Assembly (NCBI RefSeq): GCF_049554935.1
Contig: NZ_CP186926.1
Coordinates: 928,001-992,000 of the forward strand
Direction: 5' to 3'
Length of the DNA: 64,000 bases
From: Methanocaldococcus indicus
Lineage (GTDB): Archaea > AGJL01 > Methanococci > Methanococcales > Methanocaldococcaceae
Below, piece by piece: positions 1-11,321 of this stretch. The stretch's first letter is position 1. Each line of letters opens with the position of its first letter. The notes beneath the pieces were generated by a model that was not told where the DNA came from, searched no databases, and was given only the letters and a program-made list of their open reading frames with translations. Position numbers and translations under genes: made by a program.

Positions 1-999
1 TGCTTTATTTACAATAACTCCATCTATATTCTTTAATAAATTATATGCTAAATTACTTCTCTTTTCATAAAGTTTATTTCTTTCTTTTAGATAGTTCTTA
101 TATCTTCTATCTCCAAAAATCTTAGGTATAACTTTCTGGGGTAGTGTGGTTGAACACACCTCTATCAATTTAGCTCTATAAATACTATCTATGTATCTTT
201 TAAATTCTTCATCTTTATCAGAATTATATACTTCAATCCAGCCACATCTTGCTCCTGGCCAAGGTAGTTCTTTTGAAATTCCTTTCAATGCTATTCCAGG
301 CACATCATCAATAACATCACTTAACAATACTTGTTTTTTGTTGTTATATATAATATTACAATATATTTCATCAGAGATAATAAATAAATCAAATTCATTG
401 GCTATATCAACTATCTCATCCAATATCTTTTTTGGATAAACAGCCCCAGTAGGATTGTCAGGATTGATTATTAGAATTCCACTAACAGCTGGGTTATACT
501 TAATTCTTTTATATAAATCATCCATATCTGGGTACCAACAATCATGAGGATTTAAATAGTAGGTTAATGGAGGAGCTCCTGCATGTGCTGCCTCAGCAGA
601 TGAATGGGTTGAATATGAAGGGGAAGGATTTATAACTCTAATCTCTCTCCTTAATAGTCCATATATCTTGGCTATTGCATCCCCTAATCCATTGAAAAAT
701 ATAATATCTTCCTTATTTATTTGAGCTTTTCCTCTTTTATTCACTTCATTAGCTAAAAATTCTCTTGTCTCTTCTAACCCTTTTGTTGGAGAATATCCAT
801 AACTTGAATCATCTTTAACTTCAGATATTATTATCTCTTTAATCCAATCAGGAATTTTTTCTCCTTTTGCTATTGGGTCTCCTATGTTTTCCCAAATTAT
901 TTCTTTACCATAATTTTTGACTTTCTTAGCTATCTCTACAATTTCTCTAATCTCATAACTCAACTCCTTAGCTCCAATATCAATAATTGGATTTCTCAT
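1..999 (-). CDS. PLP-dependent class I/II aminotransferase (alanine aminotransferase-like), 3' end outside window
   Basis: Not in the ORF track because it runs off the edge. Read manually from ATG at 999: MRNPIIDIGAKELSYEIREIVEIAKK...WENIGDP; later INPDNPTG and SDEIY motifs of class I aminotransferases. Confidence 0.85.
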   Translation of the reverse strand, partial: MRNPIIDIGAKELSYEIREIVEIAKKVKNYGKEIIWENIGDPIAKGEKIPDWIKEIIISEVKDDSSYGYSPTKGLEETREFLANEVNKRGKAQINKEDIIFFNGLGDAIAKIYGLLRREIRVINPSPSYSTHSSAEAAHAGAPPLTYYLNPHDCWYPDMDDLYKRIKYNPAVSGILIINPDNPTGAVYPKKILDEIVDIANEFDLFIISDEIYCNIIYNNKKQVLLSDVIDDVPGIALKGISKELPWPGARCGWIEVYNSDKDEEFKRYIDSIYRAKLIEVCSTTLPQKVIPKIFGDRRYKNYLKERNKLYEKRSNLAYNLLKNIDGVIVNKA

Positions 1000-1010
1000 T
1001 TTTTCTCACT

Positions 1011-1787
1011 TTAATCAATGTTTTCAGCTAAGTATTTTAGAGCATCTTCTTCCATAAAGTGTAATTTTCCAGGAATTATAATACAGTGTAATGGCTTTCC
1101 AAAGTCATAATTTATAAGATTCTTTATTTTTCCATAAACAATTTTAGGATTTAAAGAGCCAGCTCTTGCTAAGACAACAACTTTCATATCTTCATTAATA
1201 ATATTTCCTTTCTCTTTTTTTTCCATATCTAACAATATCTTTAAAGCTTCATTAGCAGTCATAAACTTTTGAGTATCTTTCTCAACTACAATATCTAATA
1301 AACATAGTGTGTGTAGTCCTCTCTCTAAATTTTCTTTAATAACCTTGTAAGGTGTTGTTGGGAAATAGTTTTCAGATGGATAAACAATTGAAGCAGTTCT
1401 TCCAAATTTATAGAGTTGTAGGCCAGTAACTCCAACTGCTGAATATATGGAGGAGGAATGAATAACAACTGTCTCAACACCTCTTTTTTTTGCCTCAATA
1501 GCTAAATCAACATGTGTTGTTGCAACCATAGGGTCTCCAGCTGTAAGAAACATAATATTCTTATTTTTTGCTTCTTCAACTATTTTATATCCTTCCATCT
1601 CTACTTTTTCTCTATCTAATAGAATAATTTTTTTACCTAAAATTTTCTCAATTTTTTCAATAGTAGTTCCTGTTAATGTAGATGTGTAGAATTCAGCATA
1701 TATTTTATCTGCTTTTTTGGCAAATTCTACTGTTTTTAGTGGCATATCTAACTCATCATAAAGCCCTAATCCAGCAAAAATTAACAT
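1011..1787 (-). CDS. dph5: diphthine synthase
   Basis: GLGLYD, EFYTS, TAGDPMVATTH, GLQLYKFG, HTLCLLDI motifs. Confidence 0.95.
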   Translation of the reverse strand: MLIFAGLGLYDELDMPLKTVEFAKKADKIYAEFYTSTLTGTTIEKIEKILGKKIILLDREKVEMEGYKIVEEAKNKNIMFLTAGDPMVATTHVDLAIEAKKRGVETVVIHSSSIYSAVGVTGLQLYKFGRTASIVYPSENYFPTTPYKVIKENLERGLHTLCLLDIVVEKDTQKFMTANEALKILLDMEKKEKGNIINEDMKVVVLARAGSLNPKIVYGKIKNLINYDFGKPLHCIIIPGKLHFMEEDALKYLAENID

Positions 1788-1793
1788 GTTTTT

Positions 1794-3020
1794 TCACTCT
1801 TCAACTCTTTTAAATTTATCTTTTTTATCTAATGGGACAGTTGCATCAATCCCTATTTTTGTTGTTGTCTTCTCTGCTGATGGGTCTAAGGATGAACCCT
1901 TACATCCAGGAATTATTATAATATCTCTATCTCCCTGGACTCTTGTGGCTATTGCATACTCAACATCATTAATATCAAATATATTTATGTCTTCATCTAC
2001 AACAACTACATGCTTTAAACTTGGATGAGCAGCTAATGCTGCTAATATTGCATTTTTTCCATCTCCATCAGTTCTTTTTTCTATTTGAACAACTGCATGT
2101 AACCAACAACAACCTCCTTCTGTTAAAACAACATTTTTAACTGTTGGAATTGTATTTCTTATAAATTTTAACATTCTTGGCTCTTGTGGTAGTCCCATTA
2201 AAGCTTTATGCTCTACCCCACCAGGAAGGAGAGCATGGAATATTGGTTTTTCTTTTCTTAAAAGATAATCTATTTCAATGATTGGCTGTTTTCTAACTTT
2301 ATCATAAGTTCCTGTTATATCAACAAATGGGCCCTCATCATCTAACTTATCTAAAATTCTACCTTTTATAATAAATTCTGCCTCAGGAATTAACATTCCA
2401 TCTAACTCAAAAACCTTTAAACCATTAGCTAATGTAGAGGCAAATTTTAGCTCATCAAAGTATATATCCCCAGATGTTGAAGCTGCTAATAAAACAGCAG
2501 GATGACAACCAATAGCTATAACAACATCTAAATATCCTTTCTCTTTCAAAGCTTTTGTATATAAAAAGTGTAAATGTCTCTGCTCAACCATTCTTATAAC
2601 TAAATAGTTATCCTTAACTAAAATTCTATGTATTGACAAATTATATCCATATTCCTCATCTTTAACAATAACTACTCCACTTGTTATATAACATCCAGGG
2701 TCATTCTTATAGTATTTTGGAATTGGCCATTTTTTTATTGAACTATCATTAATATATAAATCTCTTAAAGAATTGTCTATAATAAACTTCTCTTTCAAAT
2801 TTTCCATATTTTTGAGCATAAAAAATATAAAATCTTCTTTTTTTACATTAAAAAATTTAGCTAACCTTTCTCTATTCCATAAATTTCCAACAACTTCAAA
2901 ACCATCAACATCCTTTATATATACAGGAGAGTTATATGTTTTTAATATCTTTGCTATCTCATTTCTGTTTGCTTTATCTATAACAATTGGATTTAGCTTT
3001 TCAACTATCTCTCTTAACAT
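1794..3020 (-). CDS. UbiD-family (prFMN) decarboxylase, probably anhydromevalonate phosphate decarboxylase of the archaeal mevalonate pathway
   Basis: EGPFVDITGTYD, GGCCWLHAVVQI, VVVVDEDINIFD, GSSLDPS, KIGIDAT motifs. Specific function is inferred from the archaeal UbiD subfamily. Confidence 0.8.
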   Translation of the reverse strand: MLREIVEKLNPIVIDKANRNEIAKILKTYNSPVYIKDVDGFEVVGNLWNRERLAKFFNVKKEDFIFFMLKNMENLKEKFIIDNSLRDLYINDSSIKKWPIPKYYKNDPGCYITSGVVIVKDEEYGYNLSIHRILVKDNYLVIRMVEQRHLHFLYTKALKEKGYLDVVIAIGCHPAVLLAASTSGDIYFDELKFASTLANGLKVFELDGMLIPEAEFIIKGRILDKLDDEGPFVDITGTYDKVRKQPIIEIDYLLRKEKPIFHALLPGGVEHKALMGLPQEPRMLKFIRNTIPTVKNVVLTEGGCCWLHAVVQIEKRTDGDGKNAILAALAAHPSLKHVVVVDEDINIFDINDVEYAIATRVQGDRDIIIIPGCKGSSLDPSAEKTTTKIGIDATVPLDKKDKFKRVEE

Positions 3021-3045
3021 TACAATCCCTCAAAAGTGATTATTT

Positions 3046-3978
3046 ATGATAAATCCTATTATATTATATTTAGCTGTTATCTTTGATATTGTTATTGGAG
3101 AACTTCCAGAAAAGATACATCCCACAGTATTAATTGGAAAACTTATTTATTTCTTAGAGGAATTATTTCCATCAACAAATTCAAAGAATAAATTTAGAGA
3201 TTTTATTTTTGGGTGTTTTATAACATTGATAACAGTTTTATCTGTTTTTATTGTTAGTTATTATATTGAGAAGGTAATTATTTCCTTAACTTTCCCAATT
3301 AATATTTTACTATATTCTTTTTTATTATCTACAACAATAGGATATAAATCTTTAAAGGAATTTTGTATAAAACCAATTGAAAATATAGAAGATTTAGAAA
3401 AAGCAAGAGAGTTAGTTAGTTGTGTTGTAAGTAGAAATACAAAAAATTTGGATAGAGAGCATATCTTATCAGCAGCAGTTGAAAGTTTATCAGAGAATAT
3501 CCCAGATAGTATAATTGCACCTCTTTTTTATGCTATATTCTTTGGACTACCAGGAGCTTTTGTTTATAGAGCTGTTAATACATTAGATGCTATGATAGGC
3601 TATAAGAATGATAAATACTTATATTATGGAAAATTAGCAGCAAGATTGGATGATATATTAACATTTATTCCTGCAAGGATTTCTGCATTTTTGTTAATTC
3701 TATTTGCTCCTTTATATTCAGGAGATATAAAAAAAGCTATAAAAGGGTTAAAGGAAGCTAAAAATGTTGATTCTATAAATTCAGGATATACTATGGCAGT
3801 TGTAGCAAATGCTTTAAATATTACATTAGAAAAGATAGGTTACTATAAATTAGGAAATGGAAAAATAACAAAAGATAAAGCTCTTAAAGCTTTTAAAGCA
3901 GTTGATTTTACAGTCTTTGGATTTTTGTTGTTATATACATTAATTTATATACTTAGTCATGGATACCTTTTTCAGTGA
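3046..3978 (+). CDS. cbiB: cobalamin biosynthesis protein CobD/CbiB
   Basis: [36 protein letters not shown] motifs; membrane segments. Confidence 0.95.
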   Translation: MINPIILYLAVIFDIVIGELPEKIHPTVLIGKLIYFLEELFPSTNSKNKFRDFIFGCFITLITVLSVFIVSYYIEKVIISLTFPINILLYSFLLSTTIGYKSLKEFCIKPIENIEDLEKARELVSCVVSRNTKNLDREHILSAAVESLSENIPDSIIAPLFYAIFFGLPGAFVYRAVNTLDAMIGYKNDKYLYYGKLAARLDDILTFIPARISAFLLILFAPLYSGDIKKAIKGLKEAKNVDSINSGYTMAVVANALNITLEKIGYYKLGNGKITKDKALKAFKAVDFTVFGFLLLYTLIYILSHGYLFQ

Positions 3979-4915
3979 TTCTAAAAGTAGCTTCTGCATC
4001 AGGGAGATGAGGGGAATCATAAAGTTTAGCTATTCTTTTATCTCCTTTAGCTTTCTTTAAGAATAATCTAAAAGTTGCGGCGTGTCCTACAATATTTCCA
4101 CCAATAGCTTGCTCAGCAGGACCAAAGAAAGCATCAGGTCTTGCGGCAACTTGGTTAGTTACTATAACGATACAGTTATATATATCAGCTAATTTATTAA
4201 GGGTGGCCATGTGTCTTGCAAGTTTTTGCTGTCTTTCTGCGAGCTTACCCATTCCTGTAAATTCAGTTCTGAATGTAGAGGTTAAGGAATCAACGATTAT
4301 TAATTTTATGTTATGTCCTTCATTTATTAAGTTTTCAACGTTCTCAGCATAGAGCATCTGCATATCGGAGTTATATGCTCTTGCTACAAAAGTATTCTCT
4401 AAAACTTTTTTGCCATCTATTCCAATAGCCTCAGCCATTTGTAAAATTCTTTCTGGTCTAAAAGTTCCTTCTGTGTCAATATAGACAGCTTTTGGCTCAT
4501 TTAATAAGTCATCTTTTATATTGTCATCTGCAATAATTCTCTCAGGACATTGTAAATTTACACATGCTTGATGTGCAATTTGTGTTTTTCCAGAACCAAA
4601 AGCTCCCGCAAATTCAGTTATAGATTGACTTTCAAAACCTCCTCCTAATATACTATCTAAATTTTTACTTCCAGTTGATAAGTGCCATATATATTTTCTT
4701 TGTTCTAATATATCAGTTCCTTTTTTGAATCCTAATTCACACATCTTCTTTGCAGCTTCTATAATCTTAGCAGCTGCTTTCTCACTAATTCCTTCTACTT
4801 CTGTTAGTTCTTTTATAGATGCAGTAGCAATTTTCATAAAATCAGTATATCCAGCTTCTCTTAATTTTTCAGCAGTTGATGGACCTACTCCTGGTAGTTC
4901 TGTCAAATCATCCAT
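3953..4915 (-). CDS. radA: DNA repair and recombination protein RadA (no intein)
   Basis: N-terminal HhH ([12 protein letters not shown]), Walker [29 protein letters not shown]. Confidence 0.97.
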   Translation of the reverse strand: MDDLTELPGVGPSTAEKLREAGYTDFMKIATASIKELTEVEGISEKAAAKIIEAAKKMCELGFKKGTDILEQRKYIWHLSTGSKNLDSILGGGFESQSITEFAGAFGSGKTQIAHQACVNLQCPERIIADDNIKDDLLNEPKAVYIDTEGTFRPERILQMAEAIGIDGKKVLENTFVARAYNSDMQMLYAENVENLINEGHNIKLIIVDSLTSTFRTEFTGMGKLAERQQKLARHMATLNKLADIYNCIVIVTNQVAARPDAFFGPAEQAIGGNIVGHAATFRLFLKKAKGDKRIAKLYDSPHLPDAEATFRITEKGIHD

Positions 4916-5136
4916 AAAATAATCACCAGTAAATTTTAATTAATAAATGTAATATGGTGTATAATCTATATCTACCTTATAGATAATAAAGATTACTAAA
5001 AAATATTTGTTATATTTGGATATATTAAATTTACTTTAAATATAACTTTTGTGTAATTTAAATATACTTCTTGCCTTCTAATTTAGTATAAAATATTTAG
5101 GATTATTATATAATATAAAGTGATTAAAGTGAAAAA

Positions 5137-5763
5137 ATGAACAAGAAAGTAGCAATATTGGTCGATTGGGAAAACTTAAAAAATACTCTTATAGATTGTA
5201 GAAAAGAACTTAATAGGAGCAAAAATGACATTTCAGTATTTAGTGCAAGTAAATTATTAAAGTTGATTAAGAGGATAATAAATCCAGATGAAGAAATATT
5301 TAGGATTTATGTATATTTATCTGAACCTTTAAGAGAAGCAAAATGTGGAAAAGAAATATATTGTATTGAACAAGACGAACACGGAAGGAATTTATATTTA
5401 GAAACTATAAATTTTATAAATGATTTAAAAGCTGAAGACTATGTATTAATAAGAAAAGGAAAAACTGTATTTAGGGGTTTTAATAGAAACAATAAGCCAA
5501 TATTCATTCAAAAACAAGTTGATTTGTTAATAGGATTAGATATGTATAAGTTAAGTAGTGACAAGATTGTTGATAGAATTATTTTATTGTCATTAGATAC
5601 AGATTTAATTCCAGCTATTAAAGTTGCAAGAGATAATGGTGTCCAGATAGTGTTACCAGAATATATTCTAAAATATAGACCATTAAGTCTTATGCTAAAA
5701 GAAAATGCTGATATTATTAGAAAGATTGATATAGTTAAACTATTTAAAGAAATATATCTATAG
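5137..5763 (+). CDS. NYN (PIN-like, LabA/DUF88) domain protein
   Basis: ILVDWEN, QKQVD, SLDTDLIPA conserved acidic motifs. Confidence 0.85.
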   Translation: MNKKVAILVDWENLKNTLIDCRKELNRSKNDISVFSASKLLKLIKRIINPDEEIFRIYVYLSEPLREAKCGKEIYCIEQDEHGRNLYLETINFINDLKAEDYVLIRKGKTVFRGFNRNNKPIFIQKQVDLLIGLDMYKLSSDKIVDRIILLSLDTDLIPAIKVARDNGVQIVLPEYILKYRPLSLMLKENADIIRKIDIVKLFKEIYL

Positions 5764-5767
5764 AAAT

Positions 5768-6469
5768 TTACTTTATTGAAAAAGAGATTCCTCCTTTTTT
5801 ACATGAGCTTTTACATTCAAAGCATCTTATGCACTCTTTTTGATTTACATTTTCAGTTATTTTTATTTGCATAGGACATTTAAATTCACACAATCTACAT
5901 TTTACACAGTTATTGTTAGTTTTTAGGATAAATAGTGGTCTTATTGAGAATATGCTTAAAAATGCCCCTAATGGGCAGAAATATCTACAAAAAGTCATTG
6001 GTAGGAAGAATGATGCTATCAAGAAAGTAATTAAAATAATTAAAGAGATAACTGTTCCATAAAGATTAGTTAAAAATCCTATTGGACATACCTTACAGAA
6101 GGCATAGGTAGCTAAGTAATAAGTTAAAACAAGTGATAAAATCATAACTAAATATTTAAAATATATAAGTTTGTTATGTAGTTCTTCACTAACTTTTGGT
6201 AATTTCTTTAATTTATATATCTTAGCTCTTAACTTATATGAAAGTTCCATTAAAAAACCAAATGGACACATCCATCCACAAAAAACTCTACCAAACAATA
6301 ATGTTAGAACAATAATTACTACTAATTTTAAAACTAAACTACCAAAAGAACCTTTTAATATAAACTTTTCAATTAATCCAAAAAAACAGAGGCAAAAACT
6401 TGTAAAAAATATAAAATAAATAAAAAAGAATATTTGAGATATTTTCCTCAATATCTGCACTTTATCCAT
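5768..6469 (-). CDS. membrane 4Fe-4S binding protein (NapH/MauN-like)
   Basis: [12 protein letters not shown] and FCRYFCPLG motifs, two C-terminal CxxCxxCxxxC clusters, TM helices. Confidence 0.85.
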   Translation of the reverse strand: MDKVQILRKISQIFFFIYFIFFTSFCLCFFGLIEKFILKGSFGSLVLKLVVIIVLTLLFGRVFCGWMCPFGFLMELSYKLRAKIYKLKKLPKVSEELHNKLIYFKYLVMILSLVLTYYLATYAFCKVCPIGFLTNLYGTVISLIILITFLIASFFLPMTFCRYFCPLGAFLSIFSIRPLFILKTNNNCVKCRLCEFKCPMQIKITENVNQKECIRCFECKSSCKKGGISFSIK

Positions 6470-7055
6470 TCAACCACCCAAACAATAAATCTCTTAAATT
6501 TATTGTTGAGAATAGGAAAGATATAATTTTGTCTATTATTGACTCATTATTGTTTTTAGCAGTGGTATTAGTAATTTTATTATTATTTTCAACTTTTATT
6601 TTACCCTCATCTATTAAACATTCAACAATAGCTCTTTTTACAACACTTGGAGATATTCCATATCTTTCTTTTATTTCTTCAATTGTGGTATCTAATGGAA
6701 CATTTATTTTTAATTTTTTCTCAAGGTCTTCAGGATTTATATTATATTTTTCACAAATCTCTTTTATTGTATATTTTTTCAGCTCTTTTCCAGGGATATT
6801 TACATATTCATTTATAAGTTCATCAGTTATCTCAATTTCTGTATTTGTTTGTGAGTCTATATTATTGTTGTTAGATTGTTCATTTGTTGTTGGAGCTGGC
6901 TCACTATGGTCACATATTCCATTGTTATTAGTGTCTATATATCTTCCACACTCCCCTGGATATGTGCAATTCACTCTACCAAAAGGACAGTCATTCCATG
7001 CAAATGCTATATTTGTTAGCATTAGTATAACAATAATGGCTATTGCTATTCTCAT
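6462..7055 (-). CDS. exported Cys-rich hypothetical protein
   Basis: Signal peptide (AFA site), [24 protein letters not shown] motif, hydrophobic C-terminus; overlaps the downstream 4Fe-4S gene. Confidence 0.7.
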   Translation of the reverse strand: MRIAIAIIVILMLTNIAFAWNDCPFGRVNCTYPGECGRYIDTNNNGICDHSEPAPTTNEQSNNNNIDSQTNTEIEITDELINEYVNIPGKELKKYTIKEICEKYNINPEDLEKKLKINVPLDTTIEEIKERYGISPSVVKRAIVECLIDEGKIKVENNNKITNTTAKNNNESIIDKIISFLFSTINLRDLLFGWLNG

Positions 7056-7188
7056 ATCCTCACCAACCTAATATGTAGTATTTTTACTACATATTGAATT
7101 TAAATTTTTATTATATAAATATTAAGTATATTATAATAATTTAAATATTTAAGTTATTAGATTAATATATGTAAAAACTTATATTAAA

Positions 7189-7703
7189 TTAGTTATCCTC
7201 CAAGAGGCTCGATTTTAACAATATTTAAAAGGTATAAATGGTGAATGAAATGGATTACGTTTCCATCCTCCAAGAGGCACGATTTTAACTATTAACCATT
7301 TCCTATTTGAAAATATCAATATGTGTAAATGGTTTCCATCCTCCAAGAGGCACGATTTTAACCATTTTTGTTTTATTTGTTGATTTAAATTTATTAATTT
7401 GTTTCCATCCTCCAAGAGGCACGATTTTAACGAGTGTTGAAAAAATTGAACTCATCAAAAATAACATTGGTTTCCATCCTCCAAGAGGCACGATTTTAAC
7501 GTGATTACACTCCCCAAATTACTGTTGATGATGTCCAAGTTTCCATCCTCCAAGAGGCACGATTTTAACAATGAAAAAGTTAAATGGAGAATTAATTACA
7601 ACAAAGTTTCCATCCTCCAAGAGGCACGATTTTAACCCAACATAAAGACTTTACAGTAAATAAGACAGCAGAGTTTCCATCCTCCAAGAGGCACGATTTT
7701 AAC
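7189..7703 (-). CRISPR. CRISPR array, 8 repeats / 7 spacers; repeat GTTAAAATCGTGCCTCTTGGAGGATGGAAAC (31 nt)
   Basis: Repeats start at 7189 (degenerate, leader-distal), 7259, 7332, 7401, 7470, 7539, 7606, 7673. Spacers are 39, 42, 38, 38, 38, 36, 36 nt. CCTC/GAGG hairpin and GAAAC 3' end on the minus strand; leader on the right. Confidence 0.98.
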
Positions 7704-8095
7704 AGGAATATTTTAGACATAATAACATTAACGACCTTCTCATATATAAGCTTTTCTACATAAAAATTTTCGAAGGGTAGGTTTCCCTATTCATTTATAA
7801 TTCATTTATATACCTTCGAACTTTTATAAAAATCTTTCTATTCTCAATTATTCAATTAAAAATTTTTTATATCTAAAAACTAAACCAATTTATTAGGGAT
7901 TTTCAAATATTAAAAGAAACAACTTAAAACTCCAAAAAATCCCAATAAATTATATAATCAAAATATATAAAATATTCAAAATATAGACTCCCTCTGAATT
8001 TTCCTAAAAATCCTTTAAATTAAAAATAACCAACTAAAACTCAATAAAATTAAAAAATAAAGATTTTTAGCGTGATAATTGTTATCTGAATATTT
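7704..8095 (-). promoter_or_regulatory. CRISPR leader (long-repeat element) with BRE/TATA
   Basis: AT-rich, ~390 bp, alignable by eye with 39329-39710. Minus-strand GAAAAG-CTTATATAT at 7741-7756. 11-bp tandem duplication attcatttata at 7789-7810. Confidence 0.9.
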
Positions 8096-8099
8096 AAAA

Positions 8100-8744
8100 T
8101 TATAAACCTGTGTAGATATTATATCTATCATCCCTTAGAAATCCAATTAAAAGAATATTATGTTTTTTTGCAAGTTCAATAGCTTTGTATGTTGGAGGAG
8201 ATTTAGAGATAACAACAGGAATATTTGTGTTAATAACCTTCTTCATAATCTCTGAGTTTATTCTACCACTGTATCTTAAAATTAATTCATTCAAGTTATA
8301 TCCTTTCCTATAACAGTAGCCTATAACTTTATCAACTGCATTATGTCTCCCAATATCTTCCACAAATACAATTAAATCATCTTTAAACATTGTTGCCCAA
8401 TGAAAAGCTCCTGTTAATTTCCAATACTTTGGTTCAATTTTATAGGATATAGCTCTTTTTAAGCTCTCTTTAGATATCTTAACTTTATTTTGTCTATATT
8501 CTTTCTTATATCCAAATATACAAATGTCATTTTTATCTATTTCAACTCTATCAACAACATTTAAATATCCCTCAGAAATAGCAAAACCATAAGCAAAATC
8601 TTCTAAGTTATTTGGAGACAAAATAGAGGATGTTATATATTTATTATTAATATATATATTAACTTCAAATTCATCTGCCACATAATCATCATCTTCTATT
8701 AATCTATTGTTTATAAATCTTAATACTCTCACTTTTCTAATCAT
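8100..8744 (-). CDS. fdhD: formate dehydrogenase accessory sulfurtransferase FdhD
   Basis: TGAFHWA, EDIGRHNAVDKVIG, SGRI, SKSPPT motifs. Confidence 0.92.
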   Translation of the reverse strand: MIRKVRVLRFINNRLIEDDDYVADEFEVNIYINNKYITSSILSPNNLEDFAYGFAISEGYLNVVDRVEIDKNDICIFGYKKEYRQNKVKISKESLKRAISYKIEPKYWKLTGAFHWATMFKDDLIVFVEDIGRHNAVDKVIGYCYRKGYNLNELILRYSGRINSEIMKKVINTNIPVVISKSPPTYKAIELAKKHNILLIGFLRDDRYNIYTGL

Positions 8745-8817
8745 CTACACCACAAATTATATATAAATCTTTAATAGTTATTATCATAAAACAAATTTAA
8801 GGTTTTGGTGGTGAAAC

Positions 8818-9066
8818 ATGGAAAGAATATATACAATATCTTTTAGAGATATAATCAATAAATCAGTTAGAAAAAAAAGAGCTCCAAGAGCAATAAAAAA
8901 GATAAGAAACTTTTTAAAAAGACATATGAAAGCTGAAATAGTTAAGATAGACAATGATTTAAATGAGAAAATTTGGGCAAGAGGTATAGAAAAACCACCA
9001 GCAAGAGTAAGAATTAAAGCAATTAAAGAAGATGAGAATGTTGTTGTTGCTAAATTGGCAGAGTGA
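8818..9066 (+). CDS. rpl31e: 50S ribosomal protein L31e
   Basis: [27 protein letters not shown]. Confidence 0.97.
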   Translation: MERIYTISFRDIINKSVRKKRAPRAIKKIRNFLKRHMKAEIVKIDNDLNEKIWARGIEKPPARVRIKAIKEDENVVVAKLAE

Positions 9067-9071
9067 TTTTT

Positions 9072-9749
9072 ATGATAATAAAAAAATACTTCTCAGGAAT
9101 TCCTACAATTGGAGTTCTATCTTTAACTAATGAAGACATAACCTTACTACCTATTTTTTTAGATGAGAAAGATATTGATGAGGTTAAAAATGTTTTAAAG
9201 ACAAATGTTTTAAAAACAAATATTGGAGGTAGCTCTTTACTTGGTTCATTGGCTGTTTTAAATAAATATGCTCTTCTCTTACCAAAAATTGTAGATAAAG
9301 ATGAATTAAGAATTTTAGAGAACTTCTTAGATGAATATGATATATTAATCCACATATTAAAATCTAAAAATACTGCCTTAGGTAATCTAATCCTTACTAA
9401 TGATAAAGGGGCTTTAATATCTCCTGAATTAAAAGAGTTCAAAAAAGAAGTTGAAGATGCTTTAAATGTTCCTGTTGAGGTTGGAGAGATAGCAGAGTTG
9501 CCAACTGTTGGAAGTAATGCAGTTGTAACTAACAAAGGTTTGTTAGTTCATCCACTAACAGAAGATGATGAATTGGAATTTTTAAAAGATTTGTTTAAAG
9601 TAGAATATTATGGAAAAGGAACAGCAAATAAAGGAACTACATCTGTTGGGGCTTGTATAATTGCCAATTCTAAGGGAGCAGTTGTTGGTGGAGATACAAC
9701 TGGGCCAGAGTTGTTAAGAATTGAAGATGCATTAGGATTAATTGAATAA
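9072..9749 (+). CDS. eif6: translation initiation factor aIF6
   Basis: Pentein repeats (NTALGNLILTND, VGSNAVVTNKG, GGDTTGPE); follows rpl31e. Confidence 0.95.
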   Translation: MIIKKYFSGIPTIGVLSLTNEDITLLPIFLDEKDIDEVKNVLKTNVLKTNIGGSSLLGSLAVLNKYALLLPKIVDKDELRILENFLDEYDILIHILKSKNTALGNLILTNDKGALISPELKEFKKEVEDALNVPVEVGEIAELPTVGSNAVVTNKGLLVHPLTEDDELEFLKDLFKVEYYGKGTANKGTTSVGACIIANSKGAVVGGDTTGPELLRIEDALGLIE

Positions 9750-9763
9750 TGAGGGCATAGAAA

Positions 9764-11320
9764 ATGTTGGAAGTTGTAGCTTATGATATTGGTAGAGTTT
9801 GTAAAGATAAAAATAACAATGAAACTCCTTCTTTAATCTCTTTTGATTTTGATGACTATATAGCTATGCCTTATGACTGTGAAGATATATATGAAAAGTT
9901 TGAGAAATCTTTTATTTTTGAGAAAGATAACATTAAATATCAGATTTTGAACTATGGAAAATATTTAGAAAAAGCTGAAATAAAAAAAGCAGATATTTAT
10001 GTATTAATAGATAGTAGAATATTAATTCAAAGGAAAGAGCTAATACATATAAAAGAGATTAGACAAAAGATTTCTCCAAATTCAGCTATTTTATTTCCAT
10101 CAGTTTATCCTTGGGAAATTCCTCTTTTAGTTTATCTTGGTGTAGATTACTTTACAGATTTATCTGACTATTTAGCTTCATTAGGATATAGATTAACAAA
10201 AAATAGGGCTATAAAATCAGATTTAGATTTTGAAGAATTGAGAGAGATAAATAAAAAAGTATATGAAGATATCCTTTTAGAGGTTAGAGAAGCTATAAAA
10301 AATGGATATTTAAGGAATGTTGTTGAGGAAACCTCTATATCACACCCATACCTTTGGGCAAATTATAAAAGATACAAACCTGATTTAAGATTTATCCCTC
10401 TATCAAAAGAAAACAAAGTTATTGTTACAGCAAATATTAATGTTCCTGAGGTTGAAAAGTATCTTGAAAGATTGGAGTTTTATGAGCCATTTTCAAATGT
10501 TGTAGTCCTTTTACCCTGTTCAGCTAAAAAACCTTATTCAACATCAAAGTCACATAGAATATTTAAAGAATATTTGAAAGGTTTTACTGTTGAGGAAGTT
10601 GTATTAACATCTCCTTATGGTTTAGTTCCAAGGGCTTTGGAGAGAGTAGTTAATTATGATATTCCTGTTACAGGAGAATGGAGTTATGAAGAAAAAGAGT
10701 TAATAAATAGGTTATTAAAATCTTTTATAGAAAATGTTAAGAAAAAATTTGGAGATTGTATTGTTATTGCTCATCTTCCTAAACATTACTATGAAATTTT
10801 AGAGATTGATTGTATAAAGACAGGAGACAATCCTCTAAGTAAAGAATCTCTTAATAACTTAAGGAAAATACTAAATGAATATAAAGATATTACAAAAAAT
10901 AAAAGTAAGAAAGAGCAAATAATTCACAACATTAAAGAGCTTGCTAAGTTTCAATTTGAAATTGACTTTATTCCAGATGATATAAAAATAAACAGAAAAG
11001 AACAAATATTTTATAATAATAGGCAAATAGCATCTATAAATCAAAAGAATGGGTTATTAGTTTTAACTTACTATGGTGGAGAGCTATTATGGAATAAAGG
11101 TTTTAAAGATAGTTATTATATAGAGGTTAGCTATGATATAAAAAAAGGAACATTATTTCCTCCAGGATTTGTAGATTGTAATGACTCTATCTCTTATAAA
11201 GATGAAGTTATTTTCATTAAAGAAGATGAATATTTAGGAGTAGGAAGAGCATTAATGCCAGGAATTGAAATGAAAAAAGCTGAACATGGAGGATTAGCTA
11301 TTATAAGAAAGGTGAAATAA
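9764..11320 (+). CDS. arcS: archaeosine synthase subunit ArcS
   Basis: LLPCSAKKPYS.SKSH, TSPYGLVPR.LE, YDIPVTGEW; C-terminal PUA domain. Confidence 0.9.
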   Translation: MLEVVAYDIGRVCKDKNNNETPSLISFDFDDYIAMPYDCEDIYEKFEKSFIFEKDNIKYQILNYGKYLEKAEIKKADIYVLIDSRILIQRKELIHIKEIRQKISPNSAILFPSVYPWEIPLLVYLGVDYFTDLSDYLASLGYRLTKNRAIKSDLDFEELREINKKVYEDILLEVREAIKNGYLRNVVEETSISHPYLWANYKRYKPDLRFIPLSKENKVIVTANINVPEVEKYLERLEFYEPFSNVVVLLPCSAKKPYSTSKSHRIFKEYLKGFTVEEVVLTSPYGLVPRALERVVNYDIPVTGEWSYEEKELINRLLKSFIENVKKKFGDCIVIAHLPKHYYEILEIDCIKTGDNPLSKESLNNLRKILNEYKDITKNKSKKEQIIHNIKELAKFQFEIDFIPDDIKINRKEQIFYNNRQIASINQKNGLLVLTYYGGELLWNKGFKDSYYIEVSYDIKKGTLFPPGFVDCNDSISYKDEVIFIKEDEYLGVGRALMPGIEMKKAEHGGLAIIRKVK

Positions 11321-11321
11321 A

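Noticed and set aside
7215-7504. Three short ORFs with repeated VKIVPLGGWK / FHPPRGTILT peptides
   Set aside because: They are translations of the CRISPR repeats.
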